A stretch of 15,578 nt of DNA from a virus (IMGVR_UViG_2534682222_000014:1-15578), one strand, 5' to 3'. Shown: positions 1 through 7,421, counted from the first letter of the stretch. The notes: generated from the letters alone by a model not told the origin. Made by a program: numbers and translations.

Positions 1-282
1 TTAGTGCCTCAGATGATCAACCAGGCGCGCAACGTTGCCTCTGACGGCCACTAGCACGGAAAGGAAAATAATGTTGGCCCCAATAGTGGCCCATGACGAA
101 TGAGGATAAATCCCGCACAGGTAGGCCAGAGGCACAGCGCTGTACGTGACAGTAATTAGCCAGGCTAAACGCGAAACCCACGGACGATGGCGTGAATCAC
201 CACGACGATAAAACATCAGGGTAATCACCACCCCGACGCATAGAAGAGCGTTGATTGTTGCCGATGGGTCATTTAGTACCAC
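1..282 (-). CDS. Small lysis-cassette membrane protein, holin/antiholin-like (three predicted TM helices)
   Basis: 93-aa ORF with stop TAA at 1-3. GTG start at 282 has GGGAGG 5 nt upstream and overlaps the upstream gene's 3' end by 14 nt. Hydrophobic segments INALLCVGVVITLMFY, LAWLITVTYSAVPLAYLCGIY and IGANIIFLSVLVAV. Function inferred from size, topology and position after Q; family not recognised. Confidence 0.5.
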   Translation of the reverse strand: MVLNDPSATINALLCVGVVITLMFYRRGDSRHRPWVSRLAWLITVTYSAVPLAYLCGIYPHSSWATIGANIIFLSVLVAVRGNVARLVDHLRH

Positions 283-655
283 CAGAACCTCCCCGGCGCG
301 TTATCAGCGCCACCAAAGAGCCGACATCCTGGTTATTCAGGAACGTCAGGATTTTGACAGCTAAAGCCGAAACGATTACGGCACCGATGGCATCCAGAGG
401 CTTATCACTGTAACCAGTCCAGTCAGCCAGCTTTGAACCCACCAGCCCTGAGCAGATGATCCCGGCGATGTAGGACACGACAAAATACGCCAGCCGACGC
501 GTTGCACTAAGGTCCGCAGCTGTTGCAATGTAAAATACAGCTCCGGCAAATGCGCCAAACACCACGCCGTAATCGGTTCCGGACAGAAATCCATAGACGC
601 TAGCTCCCGTCAGGACACCACCAGCCAGCCCAGTACCGGAAATCGGATCGGACAT
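269..655 (-). CDS. Putative holin-like membrane protein (about four predicted TM helices)
   Basis: 128-aa ORF, ATG at 655 preceded by AGAGGGGG about 5 nt upstream. Gly/Ala-rich hydrophobic segments (LAGGVLTGASVYGFL, VVFGAFAGAVFYIATAA, LAYFVVSYIAGIICSGLVG, AIGAVIVSALAVKILTFL). First gene after the moron in the late operon; holin role is positional inference. Confidence 0.55.
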   Translation of the reverse strand: MSDPISGTGLAGGVLTGASVYGFLSGTDYGVVFGAFAGAVFYIATAADLSATRRLAYFVVSYIAGIICSGLVGSKLADWTGYSDKPLDAIGAVIVSALAVKILTFLNNQDVGSLVALITRRGGSGGTK

Positions 656-700
656 TTAGCCCCCTCTTTATTGCTGTGAGTCCTCTCAGAACGAGGGGAA

Positions 701-725
701 TAAAAAAGGCCACCATCTGGTGACC
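701..725 (-). terminator. Intrinsic terminator downstream of the moron gene (leftward transcription)
   Basis: On the minus strand: GGUCACC-AGAU-GGUGGCC stem (7 bp with one G-U pair) followed by UUUUUU. Lies between the moron stop (744) and the holin-like start (655). Confidence 0.5.
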
Positions 726-743
726 TTCGTTAATTTTGAGTTG

Positions 744-1280
744 TTACAACGATCTAATCTCTTTCGATAAACAGTCCAACATTTTATTAGCCTCCTTATC
801 AAAATTATGACCAGCGTTTAGAATTATATTCTTCGCCAACTTCTTATCGTCAACTTCACCTGACTGTATTTTGAAGAAAACAGAATTGGCTGGTTTCAGC
901 AATTTTCTAGATTCATCAAACATAACGCTAATCTCAGGAAAATAAACACCAGAGATTAAAATAATTCTATCACCAACTCCTTTATACTCAGGGTTTTTAC
1001 TGAGAATTTCGTCTGATTTATCGCCAATGTCCTCAGATTTAAAACACCCATCAATACAATTTATCCAGCTCATATGATTGGCAAAAAGCAATTTTTTATA
1101 AAGTATTAATGCCTCATAAAGCTGTTCACCCTTTTCAATTTTCCTTCTATTTCTTTCTGAGCGCCACTCATGCGACTGCCTACTACTGTTCTGGAGGTAA
1201 CTTGTAAGAGAAGTTATCAATGTACCCACAAAAATCCCCAAAGCAGCAATTAATGCAACATTTTCTTTAGTCAGTTCCAT
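744..1280 (-). CDS. Hypothetical N-terminally membrane-anchored protein; AT-rich moron between Q and the lysis genes
   Basis: Open frame 744-1394; preferred start is ATG at 1280 (MELTKENVALIAALGIFVGTLITSL...), giving 178 aa, because the upstream 38 codons run through the terminator hairpin. Single N-terminal TM helix then a roughly 150-aa Lys/Glu-rich soluble domain with no motif I recognise. Visibly lower GC than neighbours. Confidence 0.6.
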   Translation of the reverse strand: MELTKENVALIAALGIFVGTLITSLTSYLQNSSRQSHEWRSERNRRKIEKGEQLYEALILYKKLLFANHMSWINCIDGCFKSEDIGDKSDEILSKNPEYKGVGDRIILISGVYFPEISVMFDESRKLLKPANSVFFKIQSGEVDDKKLAKNIILNAGHNFDKEANKMLDCLSKEIRSL

Positions 1281-1290
1281 ACTATCACCA

Positions 1291-1316
1291 TAAAAAAACC
1301 CCACCGAGGTGAGGTT
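1291..1316 (-). terminator. Intrinsic terminator, candidate tR' of the late operon
   Basis: Minus-strand CCUCACC-UCGG-UGGGG hairpin followed by UUUUUUU (plus-strand A-run 1292-1298), about 90 nt downstream of the Q stop and immediately before the moron RBS. Confidence 0.55.
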
Positions 1317-1332
1317 ATCATAGTGATCGATA

Positions 1333-1387
1333 GTTATACAAAGCCCATCATTGATGTCAAATATACACAAATACGGCAACATTGCAA
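1333..1387 (-). promoter_or_regulatory. Candidate late promoter (pR'-like) between Q and the terminator
   Basis: Minus strand reads TTGCAA-16 bp-TATATT (plus 1387-1382 and 1365-1360); an overlapping alternative is TTGACA-16 bp-TATAAC (plus 1360-1355 and 1338-1333). Sigma70-like hexamers seen by eye; which one is used is not established. Confidence 0.3.
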
Positions 1388-1403
1388 ACATCATGACGCT
1401 AAA

Positions 1404-2234
1404 TTACGCGATATTTATCACATCTTCACTTTTAGTCACCCGATTCAGTTGAGAGCTTGAATAACTCTCCTCCTGGAAACATTTGGTCACCAGGCTTTCA
1501 TAGAATGGTTTCCAGCTATAACGCCACGTTCGGTCAGGCAGACTCGGCAACTCAGAAAAAACACCTCGATAGGCAACCGATGATTTTGGCCTGCTGTATC
1601 CCCGCCCTTCGCAGCGCTTACATTCTTTGTAAACTGGTACGCCCTGCAGTTCTGTCGCTTTACGGTCAACCGTCTTGCCAGTTCCGCCACACTGGCATCG
1701 CTTACTTAACTTTCCGGTACCATGGCATCGCGAACATAAACTTTGCTCGGAGTCAGTTACTTCTCGCTTTACCTCAAAGTCAGATGGTGACTGTCTCAGG
1801 TCTTTTGCCCATTGTGGCAATCGCATTGTGTAATGGCTTTTAGTCACGGTTTTAGTGGTTGTAAGCAACCCTTTACCACTACATTTTGGGCATGCCACAC
1901 AATCAGCTGCTGATGAGGAATAATCGTTATAGGCAAACCGGGCAAGGATACGCATGCAGAGGGGAAACTTTTTCCCTGATGCTTTACGAATAGCCATGGG
2001 CGCATGCTCTTTCGCGTACTCCGTTAGCCAGGCAATTGACATCTCCCTGTCCTTGCTGCTGATACCAGCTTTACCTAGAAACATTGCCAGCCCGATGCCT
2101 GCATCAGCCTGAGTCATCCCCAGTGCAGCCATTACATCAGTCACAGTAAGTTGCTCACTTGCTGTCGCTCTGCTGGTATCTGAGATGTGCATGCCTTTAG
2201 GCGCAAAAAACTTTAAAACATTGTCCAGATTCAT
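1404..2234 (-). CDS. Late-gene antitermination protein Q (zinc-binding CxxC type)
   Basis: Track ORF begins at TTG 2264; preferred start is ATG at 2234 with GGAG 5 nt upstream (276 aa). Four CxxC-G-x-G motifs (CPKCSGKG, CSRCHGTGK, CQCGGTGK, CKRCEGRG) as in phage Q antiterminators of the non-lambda type. Position immediately upstream of promoter/terminator and lysis genes. Confidence 0.6.
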   Translation of the reverse strand: MNLDNVLKFFAPKGMHISDTSRATASEQLTVTDVMAALGMTQADAGIGLAMFLGKAGISSKDREMSIAWLTEYAKEHAPMAIRKASGKKFPLCMRILARFAYNDYSSSAADCVACPKCSGKGLLTTTKTVTKSHYTMRLPQWAKDLRQSPSDFEVKREVTDSEQSLCSRCHGTGKLSKRCQCGGTGKTVDRKATELQGVPVYKECKRCEGRGYSRPKSSVAYRGVFSELPSLPDRTWRYSWKPFYESLVTKCFQEESYSSSQLNRVTKSEDVINIA

Positions 2235-2250
2235 ACGGTCTCCATACTTC

Positions 2251-3246
2251 TTAAGCTGTCGCAATTACGCCGATCGCCAGTGCTCGATCAATAAAACGCA
2301 GTAGCAGCTCAAGCTGCGTACCATGCTTCTGCTCGAATGCTGGTACATCGGCGTGTAACTCGTCGTGGCACTCTCTGCACAGAGGGATCACGAAGAGGTC
2401 ATGGGCTTTTGTTGCTGTACCACCCATACCGTGCCCTACGATATGGTGCGGATCATCTGCTGGCCGTCGGCAACACTCACAGGGTTGTGTTTTAACCCAG
2501 CGGGTGTACGTCTCATTTATCCAGCGGCGACGTTTTGGCCTGAGCATAAAAGACTCTGGCGACTCCGGATCAACAGAGAGCGTGAGGATCTTCTTCGCCT
2601 TCTCCTGCACGAGTCTGGTTGCTGACGAGGAAGGCACTATGTCGCTTTCCCTCATGACAGAACGGATCTTCTCATCCGGAAGGCGCAACCCTTTGTGCGC
2701 AACGCTTTCCGGAATAACATCAGCCAGGTCGTTTCTGACCATCCACCAGCACAGTTCAGGAAGCGTCAGGATATGCGACTCGGGAAAACCAGAATCACGC
2801 CGAATGACTTCCAGAATCCAGGATACCAGGTTTCCGGCCGCTATACCTGCAAGCTGTTCGGTATGCTGCCCCGACAAAGTGTGATCGCAATGCCAGCACA
2901 GGCGAATACTTCCTGGTGGGTGCCGCATTGTTGTGAAGTTCTTGTCGTGCCACGTTGAATGTGGCCACTGGCATTCAAACCGATTACTCAACCATTGCTC
3001 AAGGGAAGGAAGCCCACCGGCACGCTGAATAACCCTCTCATTCTCGAAGACCTGACGCATTACCGGATCATCAGCTAGCGGCTGAATGGCTGCCGGAACA
3101 GCCCCGGTACTGAATGACGCCATTTCTTCTGGTTCAGGCTCGAGCAGAACGCGACCACGCATGAAGAGGTGCATCAGTTCCGTACCGGGACGGAACAGCA
3201 CAATCCCCATACGATGGGCGATCTCGGGGGTAAGCAGAGCTCTCAC
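2251..3246 (-). CDS. YdfU-like DUF968 family prophage protein with C-terminal HNH-like Cys/His motif
   Basis: C-terminus PCECCRR...HHIVGHGMGG...IPLCRECHDELH is a zinc-finger/HNH-like signature recalled from YdfU/DUF968 proteins. Start uncertain: GTG at 3246 overlaps the Rha stop as GTGA with AGGGGG 9 nt upstream; the alternative GTG at 3279 gives 342 aa. Confidence 0.5.
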   Translation of the reverse strand: MRALLTPEIAHRMGIVLFRPGTELMHLFMRGRVLLEPEPEEMASFSTGAVPAAIQPLADDPVMRQVFENERVIQRAGGLPSLEQWLSNRFECQWPHSTWHDKNFTTMRHPPGSIRLCWHCDHTLSGQHTEQLAGIAAGNLVSWILEVIRRDSGFPESHILTLPELCWWMVRNDLADVIPESVAHKGLRLPDEKIRSVMRESDIVPSSSATRLVQEKAKKILTLSVDPESPESFMLRPKRRRWINETYTRWVKTQPCECCRRPADDPHHIVGHGMGGTATKAHDLFVIPLCRECHDELHADVPAFEQKHGTQLELLLRFIDRALAIGVIATA

Positions 3247-3926
3247 GCGACCTGCCCCCTGGCAATGTGTTCTGCCCACAGTCCACCAATCCAGCGCACG
3301 CCTTTCGCCGTGAAACGTGCCTGGCTGAATGCATGATTTGAGGTTACGGATGTGCCGGTTTTCATTTCAAAACGGCCCGCATCAATATGCTGATGCCGTG
3401 GGGTCATCGTTCCGCCAAGGCGATACATGATGTCGTTCTCAAGGAGGAATAACCGCAGATCTGGCTCTTTGGCCTTAAGCAGTTTTGCCACCTGGCGGAA
3501 TGACATTGACCCACTGGCTGTACAGTACCGATCAACAAACGCTACCTTCGGCGCAGCGGCAGCCAGTTCGTTAGTCAACTGTTGTTTTTGTTCTGCAAGG
3601 TCAGCTGCAAGACGTAGGGCTTCAGAGAATGATTGAGGAATCGTCTGCTGCTGTGCCTGCTCAAGCTCCTGCCAGCGATCAACCAGACGCGCGGTAAACT
3701 CCGGCGACAGCTGCGCGACAACGATATAACTGTCCCGCTTCCCTATCAGATAAACCGATACCGACTGATTGAGGTGATTTTTAACTTCCCCCATTGGGGG
3801 GAGTTCAATAACACCGCGCTCTGCCAGGCGTTCAATGGACCGTTTAACATGGTCATGTCGTGATTCCACCAGCTCAGCAATATCGCTGCTGGACATGGTT
3901 AATGCTGTTGTTGCTAATTGGCTCAT
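3243..3926 (-). CDS. Rha-family phage regulatory protein / antirepressor (Rha N-domain plus KilA-C/ANT-like C-domain)
   Basis: ATG at 3926 preceded by GGAG 7 nt upstream (track ORF extends to 3965). N-terminal SDIAELVESRHDHVKRSIERL matches the Rha-domain signature; C-terminal half resembles antirepressor KilA-C domains. Confidence 0.7.
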   Translation of the reverse strand: MSQLATTALTMSSSDIAELVESRHDHVKRSIERLAERGVIELPPMGEVKNHLNQSVSVYLIGKRDSYIVVAQLSPEFTARLVDRWQELEQAQQQTIPQSFSEALRLAADLAEQKQQLTNELAAAAPKVAFVDRYCTASGSMSFRQVAKLLKAKEPDLRLFLLENDIMYRLGGTMTPRHQHIDAGRFEMKTGTSVTSNHAFSQARFTAKGVRWIGGLWAEHIARGQVA

Positions 3927-3939
3927 ACTTTTCTCCATA

Positions 3940-4326
3940 TCAGGCGGCTGCACCCGCCGGTTCATATCTGCTGATCGTTATCTCTACCCGACCTTTCGGC
4001 ACTACGGGTCCCCATTCCACCAGCATGCGCTTAATCTGGCTGTCGTCTTCCCAGACACCCGCATGCGTCAGCGCGTCAAACAGGGCTTTGTTGTAATTAT
4101 CGATATCCCGGCGGCGCGCATCCGGCGGGTACAGAGTGATTTCAACCGCTGCCAGTTCAGTCGATGGCTTCGGGAGACGTCGTAATTGCTCAATGATCGC
4201 CACGCAGGCAGCGCTCTGGTATTTACGACCATCAGCGCTAATGAGGTGACGACCGGCCAGCGGCCCCTTATTAGGGGCGCGCCAGTAAGTGTTCACGCTC
4301 GGAGGAAAAGGCAGGATCAGTTTCAC
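3940..4326 (-). CDS. rusA: RusA-type Holliday-junction resolvase
   Basis: 128 aa, N-terminus KLILPFPPSVNTYW and acidic DIDNYNKALFDALTHAGVWEDD match RusA. GTG start overlaps the upstream stop as GTGA with GGGGAGAGG 4 nt upstream. Confidence 0.85.
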   Translation of the reverse strand: MKLILPFPPSVNTYWRAPNKGPLAGRHLISADGRKYQSAACVAIIEQLRRLPKPSTELAAVEITLYPPDARRRDIDNYNKALFDALTHAGVWEDDSQIKRMLVEWGPVVPKGRVEITISRYEPAGAAA

Positions 4327-5642
4327 GCGGCCTCTCCCCGCATATTGCGAACAAGTTCAGAAGCGGCAGTAATGATTTCGCTGGTGGCCGTTCGTTCCAG
4401 CCAGAGTTGATTGATGTTGGCTTTCAGCTTGTTCTGCTGTGATTCATCCAACATGTCAGCGCCATCTACCTGGTTGAACACAATCCCAACCTCCAGTGGC
4501 CAGATACGGGACTCGGGAAGCGGATCCGCTACTGGTTTAGCTTTCTCACGGATGTGCATGCGGATCTGGCGAATATTGGACCATCTGGAAACATCCAGGC
4601 TTCCCATGGCTGCAATGAAATCAGTGCTGTTCATGCCATATTCACCGGATGCTTCAAGGGCAACAGTGCGAATACGTTCCGACATATCCAGGCGCACTGC
4701 AGCGTCATCGAATTCAATCGACAACAACCACTCATCCACACCGAACAAAATACTCTCACGAATAAGCAGCTTCGCTTTGTCGATCGTTAATGGTGATACC
4801 TGAGTGAATTCCGGTGCTTCAACAGAATCCGCCGCCCAGGTATGCCCAAACTTCGATTCACTGAATGTGTATTCTTCTTTATCGCCAAACGCAGCTCTAA
4901 CGCATGCCCACGCCTCGACGCCGCTGACATCAAAAATATCTTTCTGAGTGAGTGGCAACTCAGCTTCTGGCTTATCAGCTGCAGGAGGTGTGGCAGTTGC
5001 AGGTTGAGACTTGCTGGCAGCAAATTGCGCCAAAGTCATAAACGCCCGCCCTTTTGCCTCCAGTTCTGTGCGGTTGATATAGCTGAACCGCTCAACACGC
5101 CACGACTTATCGAATACAGCTATGGCACCGGCAAAAAACGCGCTGGTGGGTTTCTGTTTTTCGTCAGCAGGTACAAACCACACAGGCAGATCGAACCCAA
5201 TACGACCACGAATGAATACAATGTGATCGGCATCTTCTGGCCACCACGTTTCACTCGGCGCGGCTTTTATCAGGAATACATAGCGACCGCCCTTCTCGCG
5301 CTGGGCTGCTGCGTAGTTCATGATATGCGTCATGCCGGTGATCGCCTGCTTCTCGTGGTACTGCGAACGGCTATACGGAGGGTTGCCATAACCAGCGCCG
5401 CCCAGTTCTGCCAGACGTTCAGACCAGTGCTGTGTCAGCGCGTTATCTTCGGCGGTGTACCATGCCGGGCACTTCGCGTTGTCGTCGTCAGCAAACAAGT
5501 CCAGAGCTAATGGACCAAATAGCGCGTTGATCCCCCAAAAAAGCAGATCCGGTGTCCGCCACTGATCGCCAACTTCTTTCAATTCGTGAGCTGGTTTGCT
5601 ACGCAGTGCCGCCAGCGCCTGGCAATATTTATTGGTCATCAT
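4323..5642 (-). CDS. Phage Dam-type N6-adenine DNA methyltransferase fused to a roughly 220-aa C-terminal domain of unknown function
   Basis: 439 aa. N-terminal half contains LDLFADDDN and the catalytic NPPY motif of N6-adenine MTases. C-terminal half (from about residue 215) has no motif I can assign. Start ATG overlaps the stop of the upstream initiator gene as ATGA. Confidence 0.7.
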   Translation of the reverse strand: MMTNKYCQALAALRSKPAHELKEVGDQWRTPDLLFWGINALFGPLALDLFADDDNAKCPAWYTAEDNALTQHWSERLAELGGAGYGNPPYSRSQYHEKQAITGMTHIMNYAAAQREKGGRYVFLIKAAPSETWWPEDADHIVFIRGRIGFDLPVWFVPADEKQKPTSAFFAGAIAVFDKSWRVERFSYINRTELEAKGRAFMTLAQFAASKSQPATATPPAADKPEAELPLTQKDIFDVSGVEAWACVRAAFGDKEEYTFSESKFGHTWAADSVEAPEFTQVSPLTIDKAKLLIRESILFGVDEWLLSIEFDDAAVRLDMSERIRTVALEASGEYGMNSTDFIAAMGSLDVSRWSNIRQIRMHIREKAKPVADPLPESRIWPLEVGIVFNQVDGADMLDESQQNKLKANINQLWLERTATSEIITAASELVRNMRGEAA

Positions 5643-6505
5643 GAACGGAACCCCGAATTTTCTGGCAGTGAGTAATCAACACTCTGGAAGTTTGCGCGGC
5701 TGGCTGAGTTAGTCTCCCATTTGCCGTTAACGCGTTCAGGCCGGCCAGCACTGGACCATTTGGTCGCGCTTTGCAGGTAACCAGGGAAGTTTTTTGGAAT
5801 GAACAGAGTTGCCGGGCGGAGGTATTGCGCCTGCTCGCTATCACGCCAATCGGCATTTTTGTAATCCACTACCAAGCACAGGTCATCAACAGTGAATTGT
5901 TCCCGAAGACGGGCGCGAATATTCTCCAGCGACGTGCTGCATACCTGGTAGCGTGAGCCAGTAGTCTGATTCAGGTAAGACAAAACCTGTCTGGCCTGAT
6001 CAGTAATCACAACCTCAGGGTCGGGTTGCGCCGCAACCGGACAAGAGGGTTTTGAAGTTACTTGTGGATCTTGTTTTGATTTTACTGACGGATCCCCGCC
6101 AGATTCTGACGGGTCAAAACCATCGTTTTTGCCAGATTTCGACGGGTCAGTTTTTGAGGCGTCAAATTTTGATGCGTCAGATTTTGACGTGTCAGAATCT
6201 GACAGTTGAGAAAATGCGGCAGTCTGAAGTTTCGCCACATTCAGCCGATACACGTTCGAAGCATTACGGTTACCATTACGGCGCTGTGTACGTGTGAGCC
6301 AGCCATCTTTTTCAAGCTTTGCGATTGCCGTTCTGATAGTGCTCGGGCCTGCGCCAAGCTGGCGAGCAATAGTTTCAATTGACGGCCAGCACACACCTTC
6401 ATCGCTGCTGAAGTCAGCAAGGCGAGCCATGATCGCAACACTGGACAACTTCATGCCCGACGCTGCGCAACCATCCCATACGTAGCCGGTTAATTTAGTG
6501 CTCAT
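5639..6505 (-). CDS. Replication initiation protein (O-like; N-terminal HTH, repeat linker, conserved phage C-terminal domain)
   Basis: 288 aa. N-terminal winged-helix-like region (PSIETIARQLGAGPSTIRTAIAKLEKDGWL), low-complexity S/K/D linker with 5-aa periodicity, and a C-terminal domain of the conserved-phage-C-terminus replisome-organiser type. Sits where lambda O lies, downstream of cro/cII. Confidence 0.7.
   Translation of the reverse strand: MSTKLTGYVWDGCAASGMKLSSVAIMARLADFSSDEGVCWPSIETIARQLGAGPSTIRTAIAKLEKDGWLTRTQRRNGNRNASNVYRLNVAKLQTAAFSQLSDSDTSKSDASKFDASKTDPSKSGKNDGFDPSESGGDPSVKSKQDPQVTSKPSCPVAAQPDPEVVITDQARQVLSYLNQTTGSRYQVCSTSLENIRARLREQFTVDDLCLVVDYKNADWRDSEQAQYLRPATLFIPKNFPGYLQSATKWSSAGRPERVNGKWETNSASRANFQSVDYSLPENSGFRS
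6087..6205. repeat. Iteron-like direct repeat array (candidate replication origin) inside the initiator gene
   Basis: Four in-phase tandem 15-mers at 6141-6200 (gacgggtcagttttt, gaggcgtcaaatttt, gatgcgtcagatttt, gacgtgtcagaatct), further copies at 6108-6122 and 6201-6205, and a weaker one at 6087-6101. They encode the SKxDx linker repeats. Confidence 0.6.
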
Positions 6506-6674
6506 GATCGTCCGTTATCTCCCTGAACTTTTGCCTGAAATGCTCAAGTGGGCTGAAGCATTCGTGTGGATAGCCATCTCGCAGGTAGATAACGCGCTGT
6601 GTTTCTGGCTCCCAGCGGATAACACGGACTGGCACTCCGCGGTGATCTTTGAACCTTCGGTTAAGTTCGCGCAC
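6495..6674 (-). CDS. Small hypothetical protein (59 aa), possibly DUF4222-like; overlaps the initiator start
   Basis: Below the track threshold, found by hand. GTG at 6674 with GGAGGG about 10 nt upstream; product VRELNRRFKDHRGVPVRVIRWEPETQRVIYLRDGYPHECFSPLEHFRQKFREITDDHEH; stop TAA 6495-6497 overlaps the O-like start by 11 nt. Family assignment is from memory only. Confidence 0.4.
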   Translation of the reverse strand: MRELNRRFKDHRGVPVRVIRWEPETQRVIYLRDGYPHECFSPLEHFRQKFREITDDHEH

Positions 6675-6846
6675 AGGCGTTTTGCCCTCCGATAGTAGAC
6701 CCCCACAATTACGGCAGCCTGGCTGTGGTTACATGACACCCAGCGATTTGATACTTTGCATTCATACCGAAACAGCGGAAGACCCGGCACCGGGATCATT
6801 CGTAGTTGCGGTAAGTGAGGATTTACGATTAAATTGCTCATGCGGA

Positions 6847-7398
6847 TTATTTCTCCATACTCGAAGAGTTGTTCGCCAAGGCGCCCGGAGCTGCACACTC
6901 GCGGGCGTCACTCTTTTCAGCGACACAAAAAACTCGGTAAAGCAGCGTGACGTGCTCCTGAAACTTCGCGATCACCTGGTAGCTGTTCTCCTCTATCTGA
7001 GCACGCTCATCTGCGTCAATCACCCCATCAGCAGTAGCCTTTCGCACAAAGGTAGAATGACGACCAATCCATTCAATGGACTCCATCAGGCGCTGGTTAA
7101 TATCGGCGTTATCCAAATCATCAACATCTGCCAGCGGTACGAATACGCCTTGAGAATGGCGCGCAACGGCATCAGCAATATGAGTCGAACCACCAGCACG
7201 CTGTAGAACCATCGCCCAACCCAACGGGAATATCTGATCGCCCTCAGTGCGGAGACGGTTGAACAACCCGTTCTCTGAAGTTCCTAACCATTCCGCGGCC
7301 TCGGCATACCCACCAGGAAGGTCGGTAATGGTTTTTTTTATTGCGACCACCAGCCAGGCTGGCTGACGTTCGACTTTCCAACTAGGTTCATTACCCAC
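6847..7398 (-). CDS. CII-like phage regulatory protein (CP76-type) or YdaT-like protein
   Basis: 183 aa, GTG start with AAGGGGG 6 nt upstream, 23 bp downstream of the cro stop. Assignment rests mainly on position after cro plus general resemblance to the longer CII (CP76) family. Confidence 0.45.
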   Translation of the reverse strand: MGNEPSWKVERQPAWLVVAIKKTITDLPGGYAEAAEWLGTSENGLFNRLRTEGDQIFPLGWAMVLQRAGGSTHIADAVARHSQGVFVPLADVDDLDNADINQRLMESIEWIGRHSTFVRKATADGVIDADERAQIEENSYQVIAKFQEHVTLLYRVFCVAEKSDARECAAPGALANNSSSMEK

Positions 7399-7421
7399 GG
7401 CTAACCCCCTTGTCTCTGTGG

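Noticed and set aside
744-1280. Possibility that the moron protein is a SAR-type endolysin
   Set aside because: The N-terminal helix is Gly/Ala/Ser/Thr-rich like a SAR domain, but the soluble domain lacks any lysozyme catalytic signature (no Glu-Asp-Thr triad spacing) and the gene precedes rather than follows the holin-like genes.
1457-1843. 128-aa plus-strand ORF and 67-aa minus-strand ORF (1487-1690) within the Q gene
   Set aside because: Overlap the Q coding frame, which carries the CxxC zinc-motif signature; alternative frames lack signals and look like frame artefacts.
2365-3313. Plus-strand ORFs 2365-2625, 2504-2884, 2695-2958 and 3086-3313, and minus-strand ORF 3134-3334
   Set aside because: All lie within the DUF968-like and Rha genes in other frames or on the opposite strand; Ser/Arg-rich translations typical of shadow ORFs.
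4842-5510. 222-aa plus-strand ORF (and other plus-strand ORFs at 4411-4803 and 4554-4790) inside the methyltransferase gene
   Set aside because: Entirely antisense to a well-supported, motif-bearing gene; Arg/Cys/Leu-rich composition typical of a non-coding frame; no RBS.
6750-6800. CCGG-centred hairpin (GATCCCGGTGCCGGGTC) after the CII-like gene as an intrinsic terminator
   Set aside because: Stem is short and the downstream T-rich tract is interrupted (TCTTCCGCTGTTTCGG); too weak to call without transcript data.
6515-6898. 127-aa minus-strand ORF spanning the gap after the CII-like gene
   Set aside because: Its start overlaps the CII-like gene in another frame; the translation is Ser/Cys/His-rich and unconvincing; the overlapping 59-aa frame at 6495-6674 has a much better RBS and protein-like sequence.
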